From positions 48,181 through 112,180 of IMG/VR virus record IMGVR_UViG_3300003962_000006: DNA of 64,000 nt, one strand, 5' to 3'. Below the pieces are notes generated by a model, which made no database searches, was not told the DNA's origin, and saw only the letters and a list, made by a program, of their open reading frames with translations. The stretch's first letter is position 1; each line of letters starts with the position of its first letter. The DNA is from a virus. Lineage: Duplodnaviria; Caudoviricetes. This document shows, piece by piece, positions 31,533 through 41,820 of this stretch. The translations under genes were made by a program, and so were the position numbers.

Positions 31533-32496
31533 ATTTATTGAAGATGCGGACGCTTACGATTTGGAGGTTGAACACGAAGACCACCAGTATTATTTAGCGA
31601 ATGGTATTTTATCTTCCAATTCACACGCCGCCGCTTATAGCATACTTTCCTACATTTGCGCACACCTTTCAACATACCATCTTGATGCTTGGATTTGTTC
31701 TTATCTTGATGTTGAAGGCAACGCTGAGAAAGAAAGAGCGTTGAGCACCGCAAAAAGTCTCGGTTATTCCATTCTCAACCCTGACATAAACCATTCAGGC
31801 CTGACTTGGGAGGTTATTCCCGGAACCAAAAAATTAGCAACTCCTTTAAAAAACATTAAAGGTCTTGGCGATGTTGCGATTGAGCAAATAATCAACAATC
31901 GCCCATTTAAGACGATTGAAGAATTGCTCTTTAATGAAAAGATTTTGTATTCCAAACTTAATAAAAAAGGTTTTGATTGCCTCATCAAAACAGGTGCTCT
32001 ATCATCTCTTATGGATGCCCGTTTCAATCATTTAAGGCATTTCTGGCTTTCCTGTGTCGGCGAAGAGCGCCCGAAAACCTTGAAAAAGTTTCACGAGAAC
32101 ATTGAAAAGTTCAAGGAAGAAAAAGATTTCTCCCAAGAAGAGAAGTTCCAATTTTTTATTGAGCTTTCGGGGTATTACCCGATTGACCTTATCATAACTG
32201 AAAATCATAGAGCGAAACTTCAAAAGGTTGGCATCCCTCAAATAACAGAGCGAGGAGATAATAAGTTTTGTTGGTTTGTTATAAAAAATGTTGTTGAACG
32301 AACGACTGCGAAAGGAAAGCGATACATAGAGTTGAAAGTAACCGACGACAGCAACCAGGAGGTTGTGGTACGGTGTTGGAATACCGAAAACGAGCACATG
32401 CTTTATAAGCATCGTCTTTATGCTGCGTCGTTGGATTATGATGAAAAGTATGGCTACTCAACGAAAAACATTATCAAGAATTTCAAGATGTTATGA
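31507..32496 (+). CDS. dnaE: DnaE fragment 3: intein C-part 2 (31507-31620) + HhH/OB region
   Basis: AYDLEV...NGILSSN|SHAAAY; 'PDINHS', 'IKGLG', 'NRPF'. Confidence 0.92.
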   Translation: MTSNILKIEFIEDADAYDLEVEHEDHQYYLANGILSSNSHAAAYSILSYICAHLSTYHLDAWICSYLDVEGNAEKERALSTAKSLGYSILNPDINHSGLTWEVIPGTKKLATPLKNIKGLGDVAIEQIINNRPFKTIEELLFNEKILYSKLNKKGFDCLIKTGALSSLMDARFNHLRHFWLSCVGEERPKTLKKFHENIEKFKEEKDFSQEEKFQFFIELSGYYPIDLIITENHRAKLQKVGIPQITERGDNKFCWFVIKNVVERTTAKGKRYIELKVTDDSNQEVVVRCWNTENEHMLYKHRLYAASLDYDEKYGYSTKNIIKNFKML

Positions 32497-33239
32497 AAAC
32501 TAAATTTTTGTTGAGTCCATGTTTTTTTGAATTTAATTGTTACGAAAAAAATACAATTATTCCTGAAGGATTGAAGTTGTACGCTTGTTATTTTTTGGGA
32601 AATGAGTGGCTTTCCGATTTTTATGGTTATGTTTATCAATTTAATTCAAACACGACATTTGAATTTATCAAACTCTTTAAAGCATTATGAAAACTTATTT
32701 TTACCTCTATAAAGAAAGTGCGCCTTACATAAAAACTTATAATTCACGCTTCGTCGAAACCTTTTCTCGGTTTGAGGAAGCCTATTCAATTATGCTTGGA
32801 GATGGTGTAATCGCACAATCTTTCGGCGGAAAAATTTGTTATTTATGGGTGATAAAGCTTTTTAAAACATTATGAAAAAAATTTTTGCTTTTAACTTTCC
32901 ACTTGGGGAACTATTTTTCTTTTCTTATTCAATGAGATGGAATTATAACGCTTTTTATTTCTTAATAAGCAATAATAATGCATTTTTTAGAAGTCCGGGT
33001 TATTGTGATTATGGTTTTTATTATTCAAAAAATATCATCAAGCTATTCAAAACAGTATGAAAATAAAATTAAGAATTTATCCAAAGTGTTTTGAATTTAG
33101 AATTTATGATTTTTCTGGTTTTAATTGCTACTATGACGAAAGCAAACTTGCAAGATTTTATTATCTTGAACGGGACTATAAATTTCCAGAGAAATACGGT
33201 TTAAAATTAAATTTTATTAAAGTTTATAAAATGCTATGA
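32493..33239 (+). other. cluster of 4 IKLFKxL-family small ORFs
   Basis: Ends IKLFKAL, IKLFKTL, IKLFKTV, IKVYKML; ATGA overlaps. Confidence 0.75.
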
Positions 33240-33454
33240 AAAACCTTTCATTTTTCTTCGTCTTTCTTGTTGCTTGCTCTTCGCAAAAGCCTATCAATTC
33301 CTCATCAAATTTTCACAAACCTCAACAAGAAAAAAAGGCTCTTGTTAAATCATACGACCAAGATTGTTTAAAAATTTGCTTGCGAAATAAGACAAAGTAT
33401 AGTATAGATGAAGGGCTCTGTTCAATTTGCATAGAATACGAAGAAGGAGAATAA
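33236..33454 (+). CDS. small putative lipoprotein
   Basis: Lipobox-like 'LVAC'; Cys pairs. Confidence 0.5.
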   Translation: MKNLSFFFVFLVACSSQKPINSSSNFHKPQQEKKALVKSYDQDCLKICLRNKTKYSIDEGLCSICIEYEEGE

Positions 33455-33675
33455 AAAATGAATGAAAGTACTATTCTTATCATAACGGAAGAAGAAGTTA
33501 GGTCGGTTCTTGCCTCCAAGAGAGAGGAATTCATCGCCGAAACCATCGCAAAGAAAGCCAATAAGCTTGGTCGGGAAGGTCATAAGTTAATCTCATTAAG
33601 CCAAATTAACTCTTCGCAAGTTATTATGGCGAACGAAAACGATTATTGCTACGAATTTATTACCGAGGAGATTTT

Positions 33676-34104
33676 ATGAAAATTTATGTTAAGAAACTTG
33701 TTCCAAATGCGGTTATTCCAAAATTTGCAACATCTATGGCTCTCGGGGCGGATTTAACCTCTATTGAAAATTTTGAGTTGGAACCGGGAGAACGAAAGAA
33801 GATTGGAACAGGTCTTGTCTTTAACCCGGAAGGATTTATTGACATCCAGGTTCGTTCTCGCTCCGGGCTTGCTCTTAAAAATGGCGTTGTTGTTCTCAAT
33901 TCCCCTGGAACAATTGACCCAGACTTTTTAGGCGAAGTGTGCGTAATTCTTTACAATTCCTCAAAAGAGAAGTTCGTTGGAAAGGCTGGAGATAGAATTG
34001 CGCAGGTTGTTTGTAACCCTCCGAAGGTTGAGTATCAAGAAGTTGAAGAGATTTTGGAACAAACCGAGCGGGGCTCTGGCGGATTTGGTTCGACGGGAAA
34101 GTGA
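33676..34104 (+). CDS. dut: dUTPase (trimeric)
   Basis: 'GADL', 'RSGLA', 'GTIDPDF.G', 'RIAQ', 'RGSGGFGSTG'. Confidence 0.95.
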   Translation: MKIYVKKLVPNAVIPKFATSMALGADLTSIENFELEPGERKKIGTGLVFNPEGFIDIQVRSRSGLALKNGVVVLNSPGTIDPDFLGEVCVILYNSSKEKFVGKAGDRIAQVVCNPPKVEYQEVEEILEQTERGSGGFGSTGK

Positions 34105-34671
34105 TGAAAAAAACTTTTATAATCGGTTTTAATGAAAAATTGAGTTTTGCTACATTTCGCTATAAAGGCAAATTTAAAACTCTTTCTTCTTTCTTTAATT
34201 TTAGAATTGGAGACGAAGCGCTTTTCTTTGTTCCGGTTCTAACGATAGAAAAAACAAAATTATTTTTACTAACAAGGAGATAAAAAATGGAAAATCAAGA
34301 AGAAATGGAGAGCAATGTTGATGACGCAATCTCAAACATAAATTCTCTCGGGAAGTTAAAAAAGTTTATGAAAGCGGTCGGCTCCAAGTTTAAACTAAAC
34401 GAAAATCGTTTAACGGGTGAATACGGGTTCAAACAACAAATTGAAACATCAAAAACAGGAATAACAAAAGATAAAGATGAATTTCTTATGTTCTTTTTGG
34501 TTCCTGAATTTAAAATGAACCCGATTGACCTCTCAAACCCTCCGATGGAAAATGACCCGGGAGGAACCTTTGACTTTCACATAAAATCAATCTGGTTCTC
34601 AAAAAAGACCAAACGAAGCATTCAGGAACCCGATTGGTTTAAGGAATTAAAGGCAAAAAAGGAAAAAACAA

Positions 34672-35691
34672 ATGAAGTTTAAGCAAGAAGAACAAATAAC
34701 TTTTGACGATGTCTTATTGGAACCTCAATTTTCTCAAATTAGAAGCAGAAAAGAGGTTTCCATCGCAACTTATCTTCCAAGTTTGCCTCTTTCTATTCCC
34801 ATTATCGTTGCGCCTATGGATACAATTATGGGCCCTAAAATGGCGAACTTTATCGGCGATAAAGGAGGTTTAGGAATTGTTCATAGGTATTTATCAATCC
34901 AGGAACAACTAAATCAAATTAAACAAATCTCTTGTTCGGTTAAAGCGGCCGCCATTGGGGCAACCGACGATTTCTTTGAAAGAGCCCAAAATCTTGTTGA
35001 TAATGGTGTTTCTGTTCTTTGTGTTGATGTTGCACACGGGCATCAAATTGCCGTCGCAGAAGCGGTCTCAAAATTAAAAAAAGCATTTCCAAAAATTCAC
35101 ATAATTGCTGGAAACATCGCAACCCAAGATGCTTATAATTTTCTTCGCAACGCTGGAGCGGATAGCGTTCGGGTTGGAATTGGACCGTCAAGTGTTTGTA
35201 CAACTCGCGTTCAAACCGGCCATGGGGTTGCTCAATTATCGGCAATTTTGGATGTCTGCCGGGTCAAGCGTGCAGAAACAGCCGTCATCGCCGATGGAGG
35301 AATAAAGACATCAGGAGATGCCGTAAAAGCCTTGGCAGCTGGTGCGGATTGCCTTATGATGGGTTCGTTTTTCGCTGGAACCGATGAAACGCCTGGCGAG
35401 GTTATTGAGAATAACGGAATGTTTTATAAACAATTTCGGGGTATGGCTTCGAGAGAGGCTCAAGAAGATTGGAAAGGTTCTTCAAAGTCTTTGGAGGGTG
35501 TTGCGACAGAGGTTAGATTTAAAGGCCCAGCGGAGCCGATTTTGAATGAGTTTTTAACGAATTTAACATCTGGTTTCTCTTATTCGGGAGCAAAGAATTT
35601 ATTATTTCTCCAAAGAGATGCTGTTTTCGTCAAGGTTTCGCAATCTTCCTATAAAGAAGGAACGCCGTATGCTCTTGAGAAAAAGTTTTAA
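34672..35691 (+). CDS. IMP dehydrogenase/GMP reductase family, no CBS domain
   Basis: 'TFDDVLL.P', 'DVAHGH', '[11 protein letters not shown]', 'ADGGI', 'FRGMAS'. Confidence 0.9.
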   Translation: MKFKQEEQITFDDVLLEPQFSQIRSRKEVSIATYLPSLPLSIPIIVAPMDTIMGPKMANFIGDKGGLGIVHRYLSIQEQLNQIKQISCSVKAAAIGATDDFFERAQNLVDNGVSVLCVDVAHGHQIAVAEAVSKLKKAFPKIHIIAGNIATQDAYNFLRNAGADSVRVGIGPSSVCTTRVQTGHGVAQLSAILDVCRVKRAETAVIADGGIKTSGDAVKALAAGADCLMMGSFFAGTDETPGEVIENNGMFYKQFRGMASREAQEDWKGSSKSLEGVATEVRFKGPAEPILNEFLTNLTSGFSYSGAKNLLFLQRDAVFVKVSQSSYKEGTPYALEKKF

Positions 35692-36415
35692 TGTTTGGTT
35701 ATTTTCTAATCAAAATAACGGAGGACCCGTTTTTAGATGGAAAACATTTAAAATAAATAAAAGATTTTCTGTATCAAACGAGATGCCTAATAATTTTTGT
35801 TTCGGAGGTGATACATCATTTCCGACCGGAAGAGGATTTATATTTCCGTCTGAAGAAACCATACGCCTTTATTTTTTAAAGACAAACCAAATTGCGTTGT
35901 TTAAACTTCTATGAAAACATTATGAATGTGCGATTTAATAAACATTTTGTTGTGAGAGATGAATGTTGTAGAGTTTTCATTTACCGAATGGAAAATCAAG
36001 AATCACATTTTGACCCCACAAAAACTTTTAGCCCTGATAATTTTAGATTTTTATCTAACATTATGTATAAAAACCAGAAAGTTTTTGGTTTTTACAACAA
36101 CTTTGATTTGCAAAAATTTTTAAATTATGATTTTTCTTTAAAAACCATTAAAATATTTAAACTTGTATGAAAACATTAATAAATTGCTCTGGAAAAGAGT
36201 ATGATGGTGAATTTTTGAGAGTTTTTATTTTCATTCTTGCTGAAAAAAAACTTTGGGAAAAAGTCTCTTCTTATAGAGCCGTTTGTTTTAAGGTCGGGGA
36301 AGAAGAATTAAGAGAAGATTATTTAAAATTTGGATTTTTTAAAAATCAAATAAACAAAAGGTTAGATTGCGATTTTACCCCGAAAGCCATAAAAATGTTT
36401 AAAATAATCATTTGA
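35669..36415 (+). other. cluster of 3 IKLFKxL-family small ORFs (another at 36692-36919)
   Basis: Ends IALFKLL, IKIFKLV, IKMFKIII; last two share 'RVFI...FG.....DF..K.IK'. Confidence 0.7.
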
Positions 36416-36447
36416 CCTTTCCTGAGAACCGAGATACAATCAATCTT

Positions 36448-36708
36448 ATGAATGATTATACAGATTGTAGAAAGGAAGTCTTATTAAACAATAATCCGTG
36501 TGAAAATAAAGAATGCCGTTATTGGATAAATCATAAGAGCGGGTTTAATTGCACCATCATAACAGCCGATGAAGAAGGTCCAAAAACTCTTGATGAAATT
36601 GCTAAAATTCTTAATTTATCAACGCCAAGAGTTAAACAAATTGAAAACATTATTATTGATAAATTAAAGAAAAAGAAAATTTTGAAGGTTCTTGATGAAG
36701 ACGATTGA
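36448..36708 (+). CDS. sigma-70 region 4-like HTH protein with Cys-rich N-terminus
   Basis: 'TLDEIAKILNLSTPRVKQIE..II.KLK'. Confidence 0.75.
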   Translation: MNDYTDCRKEVLLNNNPCENKECRYWINHKSGFNCTIITADEEGPKTLDEIAKILNLSTPRVKQIENIIIDKLKKKKILKVLDEDD

Positions 36709-36999
36709 AATTAATAAATTGATGTTTGATGAAAATTCAAATTGTTTAGATTTTTTAATTTACCAATTTAAAACCAAACGAGAAGGAAAAAATAATCTTT
36801 TAGGAATTTATCTCCCGTATGGAGATTTTAGCCATTATTTAATAAACTCAAACGAAGGTTATTTTGCTTCTTATACGAAAAAATGCTTAAAGATTTGGAA
36901 AATGGTTAAATACAATTAAGGTTTTCAATTTGTTGAAACAATAAACTATTTATTAACAAGTTTTACAAGAAACTGGATTATTATTTATAGGAGAAAAAA

Positions 37000-37797
37000 A
37001 TGGCTGATAAGAAATTATTACTCGAAGATAAAGAAATTGTTAATTTTCGTAGATTAGCTGGCTTCAAGCCGAAATCTACTGAACAATTTCTTTCAACAAG
37101 AAAAACCCTCACCGAAGGCCTCGACGCTGGCGGAGTTCCTGGAGAGGATGAGAAAATGAAAGAAGAGGGCCTCCCCGGCGAAGAAGAAGAGACCCCCGAA
37201 ATGGCTCCCGAGGCTCCTGCTCCGGAAATGGACATGGCCCCTGCTGGCGATGTTGCTCCTGCTCCGGAAATGGGCGGAGAAGGTGGCTCGCTCTCACTTT
37301 CTCAAGAAGACGCGAAGACGCTTATTAGCAGAATTGCTGATGCCATCTCAAGTTTGACTGGATTGGACATCGATGTCGATACAGCCGGACAACCCGATGG
37401 TGATGGTGATGCGGATGACATGGGCGCCGCCCCGGAAATGCCTATGGCGGAGACCAAAGGCGACGGAATGAAATCCATCAAGGCCTCGACCAAGAATGTG
37501 GTCAAGGAAGATGAAGAGGAAGAGTGCGAAGATGGCGAAACCATGGATGAAACCAAAGGCGACGGAACAAAGCCAATTAAAGCCTCAACCAAAAACATGG
37601 TCAAAGAAGATGAACCATTAGAGGAAGATGGCGAAGTTCAAGAGGAAAAAATGGACGAGGTTAAAGGCGACGGAACAAAGCCAATTAAAGCCTCAACCAA
37701 AAATGTCGTGAAAGAGGATGTCCAAGTTCTCGCCAAACAGATTGCGAAAGAAGCCTTAAAGGAAGTTCTTGCAACCTTAAAGAAAGATAAAAAATAA
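37000..37797 (+). CDS. acidic low-complexity protein with three internal repeats (possible head scaffold/internal protein)
   Basis: E/D/P/M/G-rich; strong SD; followed by a terminator. Confidence 0.5.
   Translation: MADKKLLLEDKEIVNFRRLAGFKPKSTEQFLSTRKTLTEGLDAGGVPGEDEKMKEEGLPGEEEETPEMAPEAPAPEMDMAPAGDVAPAPEMGGEGGSLSLSQEDAKTLISRIADAISSLTGLDIDVDTAGQPDGDGDADDMGAAPEMPMAETKGDGMKSIKASTKNVVKEDEEEECEDGETMDETKGDGTKPIKASTKNMVKEDEPLEEDGEVQEEKMDEVKGDGTKPIKASTKNVVKEDVQVLAKQIAKEALKEVLATLKKDKK
37450..37719 (+). repeat. 3 dispersed ~63-bp coding repeats, E.KGDG.K.IKASTKN.VKED
   Basis: Copies near 37450, 37549 and 37657. Confidence 0.85.
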
Positions 37798-37824
37798 CCC
37801 CAAAAACTTTATAAATAATAATCT

Positions 37825-37860
37825 AGCCCCCTTATGGATTTTCTATAAGGGGGTTTTTTA
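37825..37860 (+). terminator. intrinsic terminator
   Basis: ccccttat/ataagggg hairpin followed by T run. Confidence 0.75.
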
Positions 37861-38192
37861 TTTTCAATTTTGCTTGATTTCTCAACCGAACGCGGGTACG
37901 CTGGCTTTATGAACGAAGAACTTTTAAGAAAGAAAATTCTAAAAATCATGAACGACAAAAATTATTACACCACCAAAGATAATGTCGTTATAGCAACTAA
38001 ACTTTTCGTTATAAATCAAATTCTTCGTTTTTATTCCAGAAAAATCATGATTGATGCTGAAGATAAAGACATGAAATTTGTTTATAAGACCATCGAACAA
38101 TTTCTCGCCGGAGACATCGAAATTTTCTGGGACAGCCAATCACAAAATTTTCAAATTATTTCAAATAAATTACTAAAAAATGAGGTTTCAAA

Positions 38193-38879
38193 ATGAAAGC
38201 AAAGACACGCAATAGCACAATTATTTCTCCCCCTAAATTCCAAGAAAGACTTGAAATGTACGAAGATGATGATGGTAATGATGAATGCGAACATGAAGGT
38301 CAAGCGCTTGTCTTTGCGGATTACGAAAGCAAAGATTATTTTATGCTTTATGGAATGATAAATGAGGCCAGCGTTGCGAACCTTATTTATTCTTTAACTT
38401 TAATGACCAAAGATGATGAAAAGATTTTGGCAAAACAAAAAGAAGAAAAAATTGAAGAAGGATTAAAACCAATAACCATCATGCTGAATAGCGAAGGTGG
38501 TTATGTCTCTGATTTCTTTGCTCTTTATGATGTCATCAAGCGAATTCAAAAAACAAGAGAGGTTCATACGATAGGAATTGGTAAAATAATGTCCGCTTGC
38601 GTCCCTCTTCTTGCTTGCGGAACAAAAGGCAAACGAAAAATAGGAAATAATACTCGCGTCATGTTGCATTCGGTCGGCGGCGGAAATTCAGGGTCAATTC
38701 ACTCCATTAAAGCACAATTTGAAGAACTCAAATTGATGCAGAAGAAGTATGCTCTTTTGCTGGAAGAAGAAACCAAGATGCCGAAGAAAATCATTAACAA
38801 AATCTTTGATAAAAAGGTTGATGTTTTTCTTGATGCAAAGCAAGCGATTGAATACGGAATTGCGGACGAGTTGATGTGA
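38193..38879 (+). CDS. clpP: ClpP-like protease
   Basis: 'LNSEGG', 'GKIMSA' (Ser), 'RVMLHS' (His), 'DVFLDAKQAIEYGIAD'. Confidence 0.88.
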   Translation: MKAKTRNSTIISPPKFQERLEMYEDDDGNDECEHEGQALVFADYESKDYFMLYGMINEASVANLIYSLTLMTKDDEKILAKQKEEKIEEGLKPITIMLNSEGGYVSDFFALYDVIKRIQKTREVHTIGIGKIMSACVPLLACGTKGKRKIGNNTRVMLHSVGGGNSGSIHSIKAQFEELKLMQKKYALLLEEETKMPKKIINKIFDKKVDVFLDAKQAIEYGIADELM

Positions 38880-39095
38880 AACCTTTAAATTTGAATAGAA
38901 TTCGTTTTGAGTTTTCGTTAAAAAACTTTCCGGGAAAGCAGAAATACAAACTGCCCACCAGCGCGATGTCGATCGGCATAGAAGATGAAAGCGCTACTTT
39001 TTTTTATTTAAAAAAACCTAAATTAGAACAAGAATTAACAATTTCATCAACAAATTTACAAAAAATAGTCAAATTAAACAAGGTCATAGAATAAA

Positions 39096-40052
39096 ATGTC
39101 TTTTTTATCCAAAATAACAAGTCTCTTTTCCAAGAAGCCAAAAAATCTCTTTGAAGAAGAAATTGAAGCCAATAGGATTTCCTCCAAACAAAATGGTTGG
39201 TCTCCTGGTTGGTTTGGTTGCGCAGATTTTGACGATAAACTTATAAGCCAAGTCAAACGCTTTCAAAAGCAATACTTTATTGAGGAAAATGGAATTGTTG
39301 GGCCTTTAACTTTTCGGCGCTTAATAACGGAGCGAGAAAGCCTTGGGCACACTCCGTTTAAGCAGGTTTCTTTTAAGGGTTCGGGTTTTAATCCAACAAT
39401 TATCAAATCCGGAAAGAGGCTTGTGATAAATTGGGATAAGGTCATCAATTTTGAGGACAACCCTTCGTGGGCTGCCTCGGCAAAATCGTATCGACCCTGG
39501 ACAGCCGGACAAAGAAAAAATGAACTTTTTGTTGTCCATTGGGATGCTGCGCTTTCATCCCGAAGTTGCCTTAACATTTTGGCGAAAAGAAATTTGTCGG
39601 TTCATTTTTTGATTGATAATGACGGAACCATTATTCAAACGATGGATTTGGACCACGAAGCTTATCACGCCGGGTCAAGGCCGATAAATCAGCGAAGCAT
39701 TGGTGTTGAAATCTCAAATGCGTTTTATACAAAATACCAAAAAACTTATGTTTCAAACAAGTTCGGTCAAAGGCCCCTCTTGAAAGGAACAAAAGTTCAC
39801 GGAGGAATAATTCAGGAGCATCTTGGTTTTTATCCGGTTCAAATTGAGGCCCTTAAAGCTCTTATCAAATTTCTAAACGGAAACCTTGGAATTCCTCTTG
39901 AAACTCCTTCAATAAACGGAAAAGAAGTCAATACGATTTATCAACCTATTTTGGACGGAAAATTCAAAGGCATCGTGCATCATTATCAAATTTCTACGGA
40001 AAAAATTGATTGCGCCGGGCTGGATTTGGTGGCATTGTTGAAATCATTATGA
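39096..40052 (+). CDS. endolysin: peptidoglycan-binding domain + N-acetylmuramoyl-L-alanine amidase
   Basis: 'VKRFQ...NGIVGPLT'; 'VVHW', 'SVHFLIDNDG', 'AYHAG', 'SIGVEI', 'K.DC'. Confidence 0.88.
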   Translation: MSFLSKITSLFSKKPKNLFEEEIEANRISSKQNGWSPGWFGCADFDDKLISQVKRFQKQYFIEENGIVGPLTFRRLITERESLGHTPFKQVSFKGSGFNPTIIKSGKRLVINWDKVINFEDNPSWAASAKSYRPWTAGQRKNELFVVHWDAALSSRSCLNILAKRNLSVHFLIDNDGTIIQTMDLDHEAYHAGSRPINQRSIGVEISNAFYTKYQKTYVSNKFGQRPLLKGTKVHGGIIQEHLGFYPVQIEALKALIKFLNGNLGIPLETPSINGKEVNTIYQPILDGKFKGIVHHYQISTEKIDCAGLDLVALLKSL

Positions 40053-40242
40053 GAACCAAATTTTATTATTGATTCTTTGATAATACATTTTTCATACAAA
40101 CCTTTTATACCAATGAAAATGTTTGTGATTTTAATTTTAAGTTGTACATTCTTGGCGATAGAAGTTATTATGATTTAAACAAAAAAACAATCAAAATGTT
40201 CTTGACTTTTCAATAAATCTGTTATAAACTCTTTTTTAATCT

Positions 40243-41820
40243 ATGAAAACAAAATTAATTTTCCACTCCGATCTCCAACAATCCCTTTCCAAAGGTGTCG
40301 ATAAACTTGCTGATGCTGTATCAATAACCCTCGGTCCTTCCGGGGCAAATGTAATCATCAAACAAAAAGATAAGACCATTCTAACCAAAGATGGTATTTC
40401 CGTAGCCCGCGCAATAACTCTTGAAGATGATGCGGAACAACTTGGGCTTTCCATTATTCGCGAAGCAAGCGAAAAAACCGCCAATTCTGCTGGCGATGGA
40501 ACAACAACTTCAATTGTTCTTGCGCGGGCAATTTTTAAAAGCGCATTAAAATACGCTCAAACCGGAATTAATCCTATTCTCCTCAAACGAGCGATTGACG
40601 ATGTTTGCGAAAAAGTTCTCGCGGAGATAAAAACAAAAAGAACATTCATCTCTTCAACCGAAGACATTAAAAAAGTTGCTTTTATTTCATCAAACGGGGA
40701 TGAATTCATTGCTTCTTTGGTTTCGCAGGCTGTTGATGCCGTTGGAAAGCACGGAAGCATCACCTTTAAGGAAACAAACCAAGAAAAAACAACCTTGGAA
40801 TTGATTGAGGGCTTCTCTTTTGACAGCGGACTTTTAAGCCCTCAATTCATAACCGATGAACGGCAAATGATTGCTCGTCATCAAAATCCTATCGTTTTTA
40901 TAACGGATTTTTCAATTTCCAATCTTGACTTTCTCATGCCGGTTCTTGAATTGGCGGCCCGAGAAGAAAAACCCCTTATTGTCATCGCGGAAGATGTCAA
41001 TTCTTCCGCTCTCGCAGGGCTTATTTCAGGGCATTTGCAAGGAAACATGCCGATTGCTTGCATTCGCGCTCCAAGGTTCGGTTCTCAACGAGAAAACATC
41101 CTAAATGACCTTGCTTTGGCGACCGGCGGCAAATTCATAACAAAAAACAAAGTCAAAGATTTGAAAGGCATTTCTATCGCGGATTTTGGCCGCGCGGAAA
41201 CGATTGACATTTCAAGGTGGAAAACCATTATCGCCGGTGGGCGAGGAAATCAAGATAAAATTAAACAAAGAATTGAAATCTTGGAAGGCCAACTTCAAAA
41301 GATTGAAAAAATTGAGGAGGCAACCGAAAATAAAGAGCGCATAAACCGCCTTGGAGCAGGCGTCGCCATCATTCATGTTGGCGGGCAGACGGCAACCGAG
41401 CGGGTTGAGGTTACTCATCGGGTTGAAGATGCCTTGGAAGCCGTTAAAAGCGCTCTGGATGAAGGCATTTTGCCGGGGGGTGGCTCGACCCTCGCCCACG
41501 CTTCGGCCAATCTTGCGCAATCCTGGAGCGGTTTAACGCAAGAGCAGATTTTTGCTGAAAAGATAATGAAAGAAGCTTTGGTGGAACCCTTCAAATCAAT
41601 TTTGAATAACGCTGGTCTTTCGCCCGACTTTGCGTTAGGGTCAATCTTGGATGAAACCAATAAAGGCAATTACGAAATTGGATTTGATGTTCGTTCGGGA
41701 AGCGTTTGTTCTTTGATTGAAAAAGGCGTTATTGACCCTTATAAGGTTGTTGAAAATGTTTTACGAAATGCCACCTCATCCGCAACGGCTCTTTTAACCG
41801 CTTATGGCGCAATCATTTAA
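40243..41820 (+). CDS. groEL: chaperonin GroEL
   Basis: 'TLGP.G.NV', 'TKDG.SVA', 'AGDGTTT', 'VEDAL', 'GGG', 'GVIDP.KV'. Confidence 0.95.
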   Translation: MKTKLIFHSDLQQSLSKGVDKLADAVSITLGPSGANVIIKQKDKTILTKDGISVARAITLEDDAEQLGLSIIREASEKTANSAGDGTTTSIVLARAIFKSALKYAQTGINPILLKRAIDDVCEKVLAEIKTKRTFISSTEDIKKVAFISSNGDEFIASLVSQAVDAVGKHGSITFKETNQEKTTLELIEGFSFDSGLLSPQFITDERQMIARHQNPIVFITDFSISNLDFLMPVLELAAREEKPLIVIAEDVNSSALAGLISGHLQGNMPIACIRAPRFGSQRENILNDLALATGGKFITKNKVKDLKGISIADFGRAETIDISRWKTIIAGGRGNQDKIKQRIEILEGQLQKIEKIEEATENKERINRLGAGVAIIHVGGQTATERVEVTHRVEDALEAVKSALDEGILPGGGSTLAHASANLAQSWSGLTQEQIFAEKIMKEALVEPFKSILNNAGLSPDFALGSILDETNKGNYEIGFDVRSGSVCSLIEKGVIDPYKVVENVLRNATSSATALLTAYGAII

